Positions 36,416-46,338 of a DNA stretch of 64,000 nt are shown one piece after another (position 1 is the stretch's first letter; every line of letters begins with the position of its first letter). Below the pieces are notes generated by a model. That model was not told the origin of the DNA. It searched no databases and worked only from the letters and a program-made list of their open reading frames with translations. This DNA comes from a virus, in the IMG/VR virus record IMGVR_UViG_3300009159_000053, positions 22,893-86,892 of that record, one strand, 5' to 3'. The translations under genes were made by a program, and so were the position numbers.

Positions 36416-37777
36416 TTAACTATTAGGATAACGAATAATTACTAAACCTGAACCGCCTGCTCCACCATTACCGTTGCTGTAACCGCCACCACCACCACCA
36501 CCGCCAGTATTAGCAGTACCAGCAGTTCCAGCAGTTCCATTACCTGCACCACCAGCACCTCCACCACCAGTACTTGCTGCACCACCAGTTCCAGTACCTC
36601 CAGCGCCCCCTGCGCCACCACCGCCACCGCCAGCGTAAAAATAAGTATTATTTGAAATTTGACCAGTTACAGTTGCATAACCCCATGCAGAAGCAGCGGA
36701 TGAACCAATACCTCCAGCACCACCTGCTCTACTACTAGTTCCATCTCCACCTACGCCCCCTGCGCCACCACCGCCACCAGCACCGTAGTTTGCACTTGCA
36801 CTATTTGTACCTGAATAACCACTATTGTTTCCTTGTGAAGGAGACGTTGATGGTATATTACCTAATCCAATATTTGATGTTGTACCAAATCCGTTAGTTC
36901 CTCCACCTGAACCACCATCTTCAATTCCTGAATAATTACCGTCTCCACCAATTCCACCACCACCACCAGTTGATGTAATAGTAGAAAATACAGAATTTGA
37001 ACCATTGGTTCCATTATTAACTGAAATAGAACCACCATTACCACCTGCACCAACAGTTACTGTGTAAGTATTTCCTGCTGGTAATAATAAACCAGAAACA
37101 ATACGGAACCCACCTGCTCCACCACCACCAGCATAGTTTCTTCCACCCCCACCACCACCAGCAATTACAAGTGCTTCGGCATTTTTAATTTTTTCATTTG
37201 CAGTAAAAGTACTAGTAGAAGTAAATGTATGATAAGTGTAAGCGCCATCAGCAGTAATAGTTCCACCAGTGGCACGAGTACCACCTACGCCGTATAGGTA
37301 AGCAGTTGAGTGTTGGTCAAAAGTTCCAGCACCAGCAGTTATAGTAATTTTTGTTATTGCTGAAGAATCACTCCACTGAGAAGCACTTATTTGAACATAA
37401 GCGGTAGTCGCATTGTTTTCAGTTACTGTATCCACACTAACAGATTTATTATTTGAACTTGTATAATTTGAAATATAAACAGAAGAACTGCCAAAAACGC
37501 TAGCAGTTGAACTAGCATAATTATCAAAAGTTTCAAGAAAAGACGTAACTTGATCACTTGATGTAGCAGTAGCGCCATTACCTCTTAAATAGCGGTTAAG
37601 ATAATTTGAGGTGCTATCGTTAAAAGTAATTTGAGCAGTAGCAGAATTACCTGATTCTCTTAAAGAATGAACTAATAATAAATCTGTATAGGTTGCTGGG
37701 ATATTGTTAAAATTAATACTAGCCGCACCGCCACTACCAACAGTGACTGCTCCAATTAATTGATATGACTGTGCCAT
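36416..37777 (-). CDS. Glycine-rich fibre/adhesin, type C copy 2
   Basis: IPATYTDL N-domain plus ATGG..YHTFT..VIAGGGGGG..GGSGLVIIRY. Confidence 0.75.
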   Translation of the reverse strand: MAQSYQLIGAVTVGSGGAASINFNNIPATYTDLLLVHSLRESGNSATAQITFNDSTSNYLNRYLRGNGATATSSDQVTSFLETFDNYASSTASVFGSSSVYISNYTSSNNKSVSVDTVTENNATTAYVQISASQWSDSSAITKITITAGAGTFDQHSTAYLYGVGGTRATGGTITADGAYTYHTFTSTSTFTANEKIKNAEALVIAGGGGGGRNYAGGGGAGGFRIVSGLLLPAGNTYTVTVGAGGNGGSISVNNGTNGSNSVFSTITSTGGGGGIGGDGNYSGIEDGGSGGGTNGFGTTSNIGLGNIPSTSPSQGNNSGYSGTNSASANYGAGGGGGAGGVGGDGTSSRAGGAGGIGSSAASAWGYATVTGQISNNTYFYAGGGGGGAGGAGGTGTGGAASTGGGGAGGAGNGTAGTAGTANTGGGGGGGGYSNGNGGAGGSGLVIIRYPNS

Positions 37778-39126
37778 TATGCTGAGTACCTCACAATCAC
37801 AATACCCGAACCACCAGCACGTGAACTTCCACTGCTAGGAGAACCTCCGCCACCACCGCCGCCAGTATTTACTGTTCCAGCAACTAAACCAGCACCGCCG
37901 CCGCCTGTTCCACCTGAACCAGCGCTGACTCCACTGGCAGAACCTCCACCACCGCCACCTGCGAAGTAGTAGTTACCGCTAGATAAAACTCCAGTACCAG
38001 TTGCTAAAGCCATTGCGTTTATAGTTGCGTAATTGGCGTAACTAACGCCACCTGCACCGATTCCACCTGCACCAGATTGTCCACCTGTTCCATTGGCACC
38101 AGCAGCACCTGCGCCTCCACCACCGCCTGCGTATGAATTGCTTGATGAATTACCATTACCACCAGCGTAACCTTCTACAGGAGAATATGATCCAGCGTTA
38201 CCTGCTCCACCAAATCTTTGTGCACCATCTTGAGACAAACCACCACCACCTGAGCCGCCTGATCCTCCAGCACCATCTCCACCGCCAGTAGCACTAATAG
38301 ACCCTAAAGATGAGTTAACCCCACTGGAACCTGAAGCCCCACCCGCTCCAACTGTAACTGTATAAGATTGTCCTGATAAAGATTGAGATAAAAGAACACG
38401 GAATCCACCTGCTCCACCACCTCCACCTGTTTCTGCTGAACCACCTACAGATGCACCTGCACCGCCGCCTGCTACTACCAAGTAATCAGCGGTAATTCCT
38501 TGAGTAGGTGTAAATACTCCTGAAGAAGTAAATGTGTGATACCAATAAGTTCCATCTGTTCTTACTGTATTTCCACCAGTTGCTTTTGGCTTTAATGCTG
38601 CTGCTATTCCATAGAGTGTTGCTGTGCAACCCGATGCTAAATTATTAACGCCAAAATCTCGACTTAAAGTAACTGAGTCAATAGCACTAGTAGAACGCCA
38701 TAAGGTTGCATATGCTTCCACTACACTGCTTGGAGTATTTCCTCTTGATATAAATGTTTTATATGTTGTTGTATTTGAATAGTTCATAAAATTAATTATA
38801 ATAGTTGATAAACTTGTACTACTAGTTTGAGCAATATCTGCTGGTTCAAAAAATGCAGTACTAGTATATCTAGTACCGCTAGCCGTAGAACCATCACCTT
38901 TTATTGGAGTTCCTGAATAATTTGAGCCAGTATCACCATTAACTCTACATCTAAAACCATTTGTTGCAGAACCTGTAGTCGTACTTTTTCCAGTAAATAC
39001 AATAACTAAATCTGTATAATTTTGTGGTATATTAGAAAACGTAATCGATGCCGTCGCACTACCTAAAGTCTGACTAGCAATTTTTGTATATGTAGGACCT
39101 GCATTATAGTTGTATACAACAGCCAT
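37777..39126 (-). CDS. Glycine-rich fibre/adhesin, type B copy 2
   Basis: IPQNYTDL, NYSNTTTYKT, LWRSTSAI plus Gly-rich domain. Confidence 0.75.
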   Translation of the reverse strand: MAVVYNYNAGPTYTKIASQTLGSATASITFSNIPQNYTDLVIVFTGKSTTTGSATNGFRCRVNGDTGSNYSGTPIKGDGSTASGTRYTSTAFFEPADIAQTSSTSLSTIIINFMNYSNTTTYKTFISRGNTPSSVVEAYATLWRSTSAIDSVTLSRDFGVNNLASGCTATLYGIAAALKPKATGGNTVRTDGTYWYHTFTSSGVFTPTQGITADYLVVAGGGAGASVGGSAETGGGGGAGGFRVLLSQSLSGQSYTVTVGAGGASGSSGVNSSLGSISATGGGDGAGGSGGSGGGGLSQDGAQRFGGAGNAGSYSPVEGYAGGNGNSSSNSYAGGGGGAGAAGANGTGGQSGAGGIGAGGVSYANYATINAMALATGTGVLSSGNYYFAGGGGGGSASGVSAGSGGTGGGGAGLVAGTVNTGGGGGGGSPSSGSSRAGGSGIVIVRYSA

Positions 39127-39726
39127 TTATGCTCCTCGAATTCCGTATAGGGCAAAATGGCTGTATTGAGAAAATGTGCCTGAACTTATAATAATTTCTA
39201 TTGTTGTAATTGCGGCTGGGGTAGCAGACCATAGACCTGAGTAAAGACCTAAAGCACCACTTCCATTAGCATCAAAACCTTCTAATATTTTTACAGTTTT
39301 ATTTTTAGAAGTTGATGTGTAATCCAATATATCAACAATACCTCCGTTAAATGTACTTGATGCACTAGTAAATCCTTGCCCTGATAAAACTATCGCATTG
39401 AAAGAACTTCCCGAATACGCTTGTGCGCCCAGTGATCCGCCACCACCACCATAAAGTTCGTGTGTATAATAATTGGTGCTGGTATCTGAATTAAATCTTA
39501 AACGACTATAAACAGTACTGCTTGAACCACGACCAATATACCTAATTTGTAAATGTTTATAATTTTGCGGAATATTAGAAAAAGTAATGGTACTAGCACC
39601 ACTGCTATCAACTATTGCAGTAGAGATACTTTCAAATGTACCTGGAAAAGTTTCTTGGTCCCAGAGTTTAGATGACTTTATAACAGCACTAGAGATGCTG
39701 GCTGAAGTAAACTTTCTAACGCTCAC
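39127..39726 (-). CDS. Fibre-cassette protein, type A copy 2
   Basis: YKHLQIR, DILDY, FALYGI. Confidence 0.7.
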   Translation of the reverse strand: MSVRKFTSASISSAVIKSSKLWDQETFPGTFESISTAIVDSSGASTITFSNIPQNYKHLQIRYIGRGSSSTVYSRLRFNSDTSTNYYTHELYGGGGGSLGAQAYSGSSFNAIVLSGQGFTSASSTFNGGIVDILDYTSTSKNKTVKILEGFDANGSGALGLYSGLWSATPAAITTIEIIISSGTFSQYSHFALYGIRGA

Positions 39727-39759
39727 AGGACAAATCCTTTTCTAGAAAAAGGGGGAAAC

Positions 39760-39990
39760 TTAAATTACTAGTACTGCTGCTTCTTCGGCAGTTAAAGGTT
39801 CTCCTGCAATTAATTTTGCCTTTGCAGATTCTTTTAGCGCAGCCTTTGCAGCAGCCTCTTCTTCACGAGCCTCTTGTGCTTCTAGTGCAGCAGCAGCATC
39901 TTGATCACGTTGTGCAATTTCTGCAGCAGTTAGTGGAACAATCTGTGTTTGACCAGTAGCGCAATTTACAATTACTTTTGTATCAGCCAT
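39760..39990 (-). CDS. Small fibre-associated protein
   Basis: 76-aa Ala-rich helical ORF. Confidence 0.65.
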   Translation of the reverse strand: MADTKVIVNCATGQTQIVPLTAAEIAQRDQDAAAALEAQEAREEEAAAKAALKESAKAKLIAGEPLTAEEAAVLVI

Positions 39991-40364
39991 TATTCAGTTA
40001 CCTCTTTCCAGGATGTGGTTGCTTCGTCCCATGTGAAGAACTTTCCTTCTTCAACAGGCATTGGTGTTGGTGCCTCCCAAAGGCATGTGTCATTGTTTAA
40101 TGTCCATGATGGGAATGGCTTTGGTGGAATGAATGCATCTTTTACAGCATCGTACTTGTATCCGATGCCAGCATAATTTTTGCGATAGGCAGTTCCACCA
40201 CTTGTGTGTACTCCACCAACGGTGTTGTATGAAGTCTTCTTCCAGGTGCCACCTAATCCTAAATCATCTGCCAAAAATTCTTGGCCACGATTCTCTTGAT
40301 CATCAGCAACAACTAGAACACGAAGTACTATTCCAGCGTTATCAATCTCGGCAAAATGTGCCAT
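39990..40364 (-). CDS. Fibre-associated protein (possible assembly chaperone)
   Basis: MAHFAEI..RKNYAGIGY.YD..FIPPKP.PSW..WDE...W. Confidence 0.65.
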   Translation of the reverse strand: MAHFAEIDNAGIVLRVLVVADDQENRGQEFLADDLGLGGTWKKTSYNTVGGVHTSGGTAYRKNYAGIGYKYDAVKDAFIPPKPFPSWTLNNDTCLWEAPTPMPVEEGKFFTWDEATTSWKEVTE

Positions 40365-40373
40365 TGTTTCTCC

Positions 40374-40547
40374 TTAATTCAATCCACTGTAGAGTGAAAT
40401 ACTATCCTTTAATTCTACATCACGCTTGGTAACGTAGCCACCATCTTTATCTAATTTTTCTTTTGCAGCCTCTTCATCCTTAGCCAGAATTTGAATTAGC
40501 ATCCTTACTTCATATGTATAACAGGTTGTAGTTTCATCTTGCGCCAT
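40374..40547 (-). CDS. Small protein, 57 aa (not in ORF track)
   Basis: MAQDETTTCYTYEVRMLIQILAKDEEAAKEKLDKDGGYVTKRDVELKDSISLYSGLN; AAGGAG RBS. Confidence 0.75.
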   Translation of the reverse strand: MAQDETTTCYTYEVRMLIQILAKDEEAAKEKLDKDGGYVTKRDVELKDSISLYSGLN

Positions 40548-40558
40548 TTATTTCTCCT

Positions 40559-41851
40559 TTAGCCTTTATATCTTACAACAATGATACCTGAACCACCAGC
40601 AGATTGATCACTACCTCCACCACCGCCAGTATTTGATTTTCCATTGGCTACAGATCCACCTCCACCAGCGCCACCAGTTCCATATGTGGCGTTACTTGGA
40701 GCGCCACCGCCACCTCCTGCAAAATAAGTGTTTCCTGAAACAGTTTCTCCAGCACCAATAGAGCCTATAGAATTTATAAGACCACTTGTTCTACCAATGC
40801 CACCATTGGCATCTGTTGCTGCTGCTCCAGCGCCTCCACCACCGCCAGCCCTTTGACTTAAATTGTAGGTATAACCATTATTTCCTTGACCAACGGTTCC
40901 AGTACCAGCGGTTCCTGTTTGTCCACCACCTCCACCAGAGCCACCATTCTTACCATTACCCCCGCTAACACCGCCACCGCCACCGCCACCGCCAATAGTT
41001 TCTGTTAAAGATCCAAATTGTGAGTTACTGCCATTATTTCCAGGGATATTAGTTACAACTCCAGTTGCTCCTGCACCAACAGTGCAAGTATAACTGTTAC
41101 CACTTGATAAAGACTGTAATGCAAACTCTAGTACTCCACCACCGCCACCGCCTGCGCCAAAGTATGATCCAGCACCACCACCACCTGCAACTACCAGTAC
41201 GTCAGCAGTTAATGGTTGAGAAGGAACAAATGCACCAGTAGAGTTAAACACATGGTAAACATAAGTACCATCAAAGGATATGTTTCCACCTGTGGCTTTT
41301 ATTGAGTTGCCTGCTGTCTGCCGTGCATTTTTTATGCCGTAGAGTGTGAAAGTTGAATGTTGGGCAAAGGCTGTTTGTCCTGCGGTAAGAATAATCTCTG
41401 TTACTGGATCTGTTTTTGTTGTTGAGACACCGCCTAGCATTAGTCTTAATGTAGTATCGTTATACTCAGGCACAGCCTCATAAATAATACTTTTGGCATT
41501 ATTTAACGTGTAATTTGGTATATCTACGTTAACGCTTGCAAAGGTACTTGCGGTAGAACCGCTGCCATTTAACCAGTATATAGGCTGTGATGTCGCTACT
41601 ACAGAATTAGTAGTGGAGTACGCCGCAGTTCCGTTTGCACCAAGTATTCTTTCAGTCCAGGTGTATGACGTAGAGCCAAAACTAAAACTTATAGTTCCGA
41701 GTTCGCTGCTGCCACCGACGCCACCCGTTGTTCTTCCAGATACAGATATTTTTAGGTCCGTGTATGTTTGCGGTATATTAGAAAACGTCACACTTGCAGT
41801 ACTAGTACTTAATGTAGTAGTAGCCAACTTTGTCATTGTTTCTAGACTCAT
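40559..41851 (-). CDS. Glycine-rich fibre/adhesin, type C copy 1
   Basis: IPQTYTDL, IPNYT..KS plus Gly-rich domain. Confidence 0.75.
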   Translation of the reverse strand: MSLETMTKLATTTLSTSTASVTFSNIPQTYTDLKISVSGRTTGGVGGSSELGTISFSFGSTSYTWTERILGANGTAAYSTTNSVVATSQPIYWLNGSGSTASTFASVNVDIPNYTLNNAKSIIYEAVPEYNDTTLRLMLGGVSTTKTDPVTEIILTAGQTAFAQHSTFTLYGIKNARQTAGNSIKATGGNISFDGTYVYHVFNSTGAFVPSQPLTADVLVVAGGGGAGSYFGAGGGGGGVLEFALQSLSSGNSYTCTVGAGATGVVTNIPGNNGSNSQFGSLTETIGGGGGGGGVSGGNGKNGGSGGGGGQTGTAGTGTVGQGNNGYTYNLSQRAGGGGGAGAAATDANGGIGRTSGLINSIGSIGAGETVSGNTYFAGGGGGAPSNATYGTGGAGGGGSVANGKSNTGGGGGSDQSAGGSGIIVVRYKG

Positions 41852-43194
41852 ACTGCATACCTCACAATTACAATACCTGAAGCACCATTAGATCCCTCAC
41901 GACCATTGACTGAAACATACGCTCCTCCGCCACCGCCACCACCGCCATTAATTGTTGGACTTGTTGGATTTACGTTTCCACTTGAAGTTTGTTGTCCACC
42001 AGTTCCAGCATTTGTACCAGCAGTTCCTGCTGTACCAGTAGAACCACTAACATAAATACCGCCAGAACCTCCAGAACCAAAATGTGTTAAGCCTGAAATA
42101 GTTAGTCCAGAAAATATATTTGATAAGGCATATCCCTGTCCGCCAGCACCTGAAACACGAGTAGATGCATTTGCGGCTCCACCAGCAGAGGTTGCACCTC
42201 CACCTCCACCACCAGCATATCTTTCAGGTCCGCTACCTACTGCAAAACCTGCACCACCAATATTTGTATTAGAACCTGAAGCGCTACCGCCAGCACGGCC
42301 TAAAGCACCACCGCCACCTGAGCCACCAGTTTGTCCAGCCTCATTAGCAGCAGATGCATCACCAGTTCCACCGCCACCTCCACCTAAAGATGATGTATCA
42401 CTTGCAAAAGTTGTAGTTACACCATTTGCACCTGCAGATGAGGTGCTGGTTGCTCTAGCGCCACCGCCACCAATAGTAACTGTTTTAGTAACTCCAGAGG
42501 CAATTGATAGACTACTAAGGATATCTACTTCACCACCGCCACCGCCACCTGCGTTATTCCATCCTCCGCCACCGCCACCGCCAACAGATAGAACATCGCA
42601 AGTTAATGCCTTACTTGTAACAAGAGAACCTGAAGCGGTAAAAGTGTGATACCAATAATTACCATCAGATGATATATTCCCGCCAGTTGCTTTTGGTACT
42701 CCTACACCAATTCCATATAGATCAAAGGTTGAGCCTGCTGCCCAACTACCTGTATATGGTGCAATTGAAATAATGTTAATTGCGCTAGTTGAACGCCATA
42801 AACCAACAGCGCTTCTTAAAGATACTGAAGGCGCATGACTTTTTGACAAAACTGTTTTGAAAGTAGTGCTATTAGAATAATTTATAAATTGTAACACTGT
42901 ATTTCCAGTAGATGTGCCACTTGTTGATATCAATACATTCAGATAACTTGTACCTGTATCTCTATAACTTGCTGCTGATGTTCCATTGCCATAGATTTCC
43001 GTCATAGAATAGTTATTACCAGTATCTAACGAGTTATTACCAACTCTAATAAGACTACCAACCTCGCCACCACTAGCAGTATTTCCTGTTACTACAACTA
43101 TCAAATCAGTATAATCCTGCGGTATACCAGAAAAAAGAACACTACTAGCAGAAGTGCTTAAGACTATTGATTGTATTGGTTTGTAGGTTGCCAT
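41848..43194 (-). CDS. Glycine-rich fibre/adhesin, type B copy 1
   Basis: IPQDYTDL, NYSNSTTFKT, LWRSTSAI plus Gly-rich domain. Confidence 0.75.
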   Translation of the reverse strand: MATYKPIQSIVLSTSASSVLFSGIPQDYTDLIVVVTGNTASGGEVGSLIRVGNNSLDTGNNYSMTEIYGNGTSAASYRDTGTSYLNVLISTSGTSTGNTVLQFINYSNSTTFKTVLSKSHAPSVSLRSAVGLWRSTSAINIISIAPYTGSWAAGSTFDLYGIGVGVPKATGGNISSDGNYWYHTFTASGSLVTSKALTCDVLSVGGGGGGGWNNAGGGGGGEVDILSSLSIASGVTKTVTIGGGGARATSTSSAGANGVTTTFASDTSSLGGGGGGTGDASAANEAGQTGGSGGGGALGRAGGSASGSNTNIGGAGFAVGSGPERYAGGGGGGATSAGGAANASTRVSGAGGQGYALSNIFSGLTISGLTHFGSGGSGGIYVSGSTGTAGTAGTNAGTGGQQTSSGNVNPTSPTINGGGGGGGGAYVSVNGREGSNGASGIVIVRYAV

Positions 43195-43209
43195 TTTATA
43201 TACCCGCTT

Positions 43210-43821
43210 TTATTTAATTCCATAGAGGGCGAATTGAGTATGTTGAGCAAAATTATTGCTAAATTCTACTGTTAATGTTATTGAATTAATTGCAGAAGTA
43301 CTCATCCACAGACCAGATATAAATCTAATACTACCACTTCCGTTAAGGTCTTGTCCGTTAAGGCATCTTGTTACTTTATACTTGTTTGTATTTGCATAAT
43401 CTAAAATATCGCAAATCCACACACTATACACATTTGCGGTATTTCCATTATTTAGAAAGTAAGCATTTGCTATTTTATTTATAGCCCCAGTTGAAGTACC
43501 ACTAGCAACCGCAAAAACACTACTACCATCTCCACCAATTTGTTTATACCCTCGATAATTAGTACCAGTATCGCTATTAAAATTCATAAACAAATCAGAT
43601 GAACTGGCACTAGCACCAGTATTTCTTAAAATACTTCTTATTTGTAAATGCGTATAAGTTGAAGGTATTGAAGTAAACTCAACAGTAGCAGCACCAGCAG
43701 AACCAACTGCCACAACACCTAAAGTATCAATAGAAGATGTAGCGGTTTTGCCATCCCACAAGTTATCGAACTTTGGAAGGCCATCTTGTATAGAAGCGTC
43801 TGATAATCTGCTAATCGCCAT
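43210..43821 (-). CDS. Fibre-cassette protein, type A copy 1
   Basis: YTHLQIR, DILDY, FALYGI. Confidence 0.7.
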   Translation of the reverse strand: MAISRLSDASIQDGLPKFDNLWDGKTATSSIDTLGVVAVGSAGAATVEFTSIPSTYTHLQIRSILRNTGASASSSDLFMNFNSDTGTNYRGYKQIGGDGSSVFAVASGTSTGAINKIANAYFLNNGNTANVYSVWICDILDYANTNKYKVTRCLNGQDLNGSGSIRFISGLWMSTSAINSITLTVEFSNNFAQHTQFALYGIK

Positions 43822-43836
43822 TACTAGCGACCTCCT

Positions 43837-44181
43837 TTAAGAAATTTCAGAACCGAATGCGGAGAAGGACATATTTGCAGATGATGCATACACTGAAACG
43901 ATGTCCCCATTAGTACCATTATGATCTAAGGTAAGTCCTAATGTTAGTGCAATTGTATCATTTGCTGCAATTGGTGTGTCATAGGCAATGTAGTGTTGTG
44001 CTGCTAATGATGCTGAATATTGACGAACTGCAATGCGGAATGTTCCTGCAGTTGAGGCTTGGTTACAAACGGTGATTGTAGAAACAACAGTATCAGTTCC
44101 TGAAGTTGGCACTGTATAGAGTGTGGTTGCTGTTGTTGCTGCTGGGTTTGATTGCCCTAGCGTTTTGTATACTGTTGGCAT
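43837..44181 (-). CDS. Beta-sandwich virion protein heading the fibre cluster
   Basis: MPTVYKTLGQSNP..TLYTVP..VSTITVCN..FSAFGSEI; AAGGAG RBS. Confidence 0.7.
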   Translation of the reverse strand: MPTVYKTLGQSNPAATTATTLYTVPTSGTDTVVSTITVCNQASTAGTFRIAVRQYSASLAAQHYIAYDTPIAANDTIALTLGLTLDHNGTNGDIVSVYASSANMSFSAFGSEIS

Positions 44182-44214
44182 GAGACTCCTTCGAAGGGGA
44201 TAAGCATAGGTTAG

Positions 44215-44250
44215 TTGGTACAAGAATACTATGTGGGCTAAAGTGTCCCT
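44215..44250 (+). promoter_or_regulatory. Putative leaderless sigma-A-type promoter of the plus-strand operon
   Basis: TTGGTA-N18-TAAAGT-N6-ATG, no RBS. Confidence 0.45.
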
Positions 44251-45252
44251 ATGAATTTGGTGCAAAAATCGGTTTCTCAAGGGGGCAAATTAGCGCCCCT
44301 AATTCTACCTCATTCAACCTCATACGGTATGGGTCTAATGAATCCATCTATCTTTATTGATCATGATGGCGATATATTAGTAAATATTCGTCACGTAAAT
44401 TACACGCTCTATCACTCTGAAAAAGATCAAAGATTTTTTAGTCCTTGGGGACCTCTCTCTTATCTACATCCTGAAAGAGACCAACGACTAGTTACGACCA
44501 ATTACCTAGGCCGTCTTGATAAGGATTACAATTTAATTAATTTTACTAAAGTTGATTATTCTAAATTTGATGTTCCACCTATCTGGGAGTTTGTTGGTGA
44601 AGAAGATGTCCGCATTACTCAGTGGGATGGTAACTACTACCTGATCGGGGTACGGCGTGATACCACGCCCAATGGGCAAGGTCGCATGGAGTACTCCAAA
44701 ATAGAATTAGATAAAACCAATTGGACAGCCAAAGAGGTACAACGAGTTCGTATCCCACCTCCTGTAGATGTTAATTCTTATTGTGAAAAGAATTGGATGC
44801 CTATCCTTGATATGCCATATCATTTTGTTAAGTGGGCTATGCCTACCGAAGTCGTTTGGGCTGATCCTGATAAGTCTGAATGTAAGCAGATACAAGTAAA
44901 AGAAACTCCGCCGATTTCTCCTGATCAACGTGGTGGCACTAACATCGTTGCATGGGGCGATTATTATATTGCATTTACTCATGAGGTTAGATTGTGGAAA
45001 AATTATTTAAATCAAAAAGACTCTACATATCGTCATCGAATGATTGTGTGGGATAAAGAGTTTAACTTTGTTGGCGTGACAAATCCATTTGCATTTTTAG
45101 ATACACCTATTGAGTTCTGTGTTGGCGCAGCAATTCTTAAAGGAAAATTATTACTAACATTTGGTGTTCAAGATAACTGTGCATTTCTTCTTGAGGTTCC
45201 TAAGAAGGTTGTGAACGGGATAATTACGGAGGCCATGTCTTATGGACGTTAA
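44251..45252 (+). CDS. GH130-like five-bladed beta-propeller glycosidase/phosphorylase
   Basis: MNPSI, EDVRI, EKNWMP, RGGT, IEFCVG, FGVQD. Confidence 0.7.
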   Translation: MNLVQKSVSQGGKLAPLILPHSTSYGMGLMNPSIFIDHDGDILVNIRHVNYTLYHSEKDQRFFSPWGPLSYLHPERDQRLVTTNYLGRLDKDYNLINFTKVDYSKFDVPPIWEFVGEEDVRITQWDGNYYLIGVRRDTTPNGQGRMEYSKIELDKTNWTAKEVQRVRIPPPVDVNSYCEKNWMPILDMPYHFVKWAMPTEVVWADPDKSECKQIQVKETPPISPDQRGGTNIVAWGDYYIAFTHEVRLWKNYLNQKDSTYRHRMIVWDKEFNFVGVTNPFAFLDTPIEFCVGAAILKGKLLLTFGVQDNCAFLLEVPKKVVNGIITEAMSYGR

Positions 45253-45805
45253 AGAGTTGGCTTTAAAACTGGCTGAAAATCCTAATGATCCTCAGATTAA
45301 CTTTGATTTAGCATCTGCTTATGAAGAGCAGTTACAGTACGCATCTGCAGCAGGGTTTTACTTAAGAGCCGCTGAACACGGGTATAAAACCCACCCATTA
45401 ATTACCTACACATCTCTGTTAAAGATGGCTCTATGTTGGGGTGCTCAAGGAGATAGAAACCGCACCGTGTACAACAACATTATGCAGGCTATTGCTTATT
45501 TACCAAATAGACCAGAGGCATACTTCCTGCTCTGTAGAATTAAAGAACGAAATAAGGAGTATCAAGAATGCTATACCTATGCTGAACTAGGTCTGCTATT
45601 TGCTACTACTACCTATAATCAGCCACTGCCAGGATATGTTGAATACAACGGCTCATACTGCCTACTATTTGAGAAGGCTGTTGCTAGTTGGTGGATTGGG
45701 CGTAGAGATGAAAGTAAGATTCTGTTTGAACATCTGTTAGATAATTATGAGATGTCTCAAGAGTATGTGAATGGATGTCTTAACAATATGAAGTTGTTTA
45801 ACTAA
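45242..45805 (+). CDS. TPR-repeat protein
   Basis: SAAGFYLRAAE; AIAYLPNRPEAYFLL. Confidence 0.75.
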   Translation: MDVKELALKLAENPNDPQINFDLASAYEEQLQYASAAGFYLRAAEHGYKTHPLITYTSLLKMALCWGAQGDRNRTVYNNIMQAIAYLPNRPEAYFLLCRIKERNKEYQECYTYAELGLLFATTTYNQPLPGYVEYNGSYCLLFEKAVASWWIGRRDESKILFEHLLDNYEMSQEYVNGCLNNMKLFN

Positions 45806-46338
45806 TGTTTCCTAATTGGTTTAAAGATGTAGAGAAGTACTTCAGACATGTACCAAGTGTTCCACTTCGTGCACTGCAGATCGGCACCTACACAGGAGAC
45901 GCCACGCAGTGGCTACTTACTAATCGAGAGATTGAATATCTAGATGATGTAGATACATGGGAAGGCAGTGAAGAGACCGCCCATGAAGATTTAGATTTTG
46001 TTTCAGTAGAGGCTTACTATGATTCAAGATTCCCAAAGGATGGAAGAATCTTAAAGCACAAGATGACCAGTGATGACTTCTTTATTCGTAACGCTAGTTC
46101 ATATAACTTCATATACATAGATGGCGACCACACCGCTCTGCAGACCGCTATGGATGGCTTAAATGGCTTCAGGCACCTGGAATCAGGTGGGGTGATGGCA
46201 TTTGATGATTACCTCTGGAACTACGGCGGAGGAGAGTACAGAGAGCCAAAGAGGGGCGTGGATTGCGTTCTTAATCTCTGTAAAGGCGAGTACACAATGA
46301 TTGAATCTGGATATCAAGTATGGATTGAGAAGTGCTAG
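45805..46338 (+). CDS. Class I SAM-dependent methyltransferase (Methyltransf_24-like)
   Basis: LQIGTYTG, VDTW, FIYIDGDH, GGVMAFDDY. Confidence 0.88.
   Translation: MFPNWFKDVEKYFRHVPSVPLRALQIGTYTGDATQWLLTNREIEYLDDVDTWEGSEETAHEDLDFVSVEAYYDSRFPKDGRILKHKMTSDDFFIRNASSYNFIYIDGDHTALQTAMDGLNGFRHLESGGVMAFDDYLWNYGGGEYREPKRGVDCVLNLCKGEYTMIESGYQVWIEKC

Noticed and set aside
57-44000. Numerous short plus-strand ORFs in the track
   Set aside because: They lie antisense to well-supported minus-strand genes and lack RBSs or recognisable motifs.
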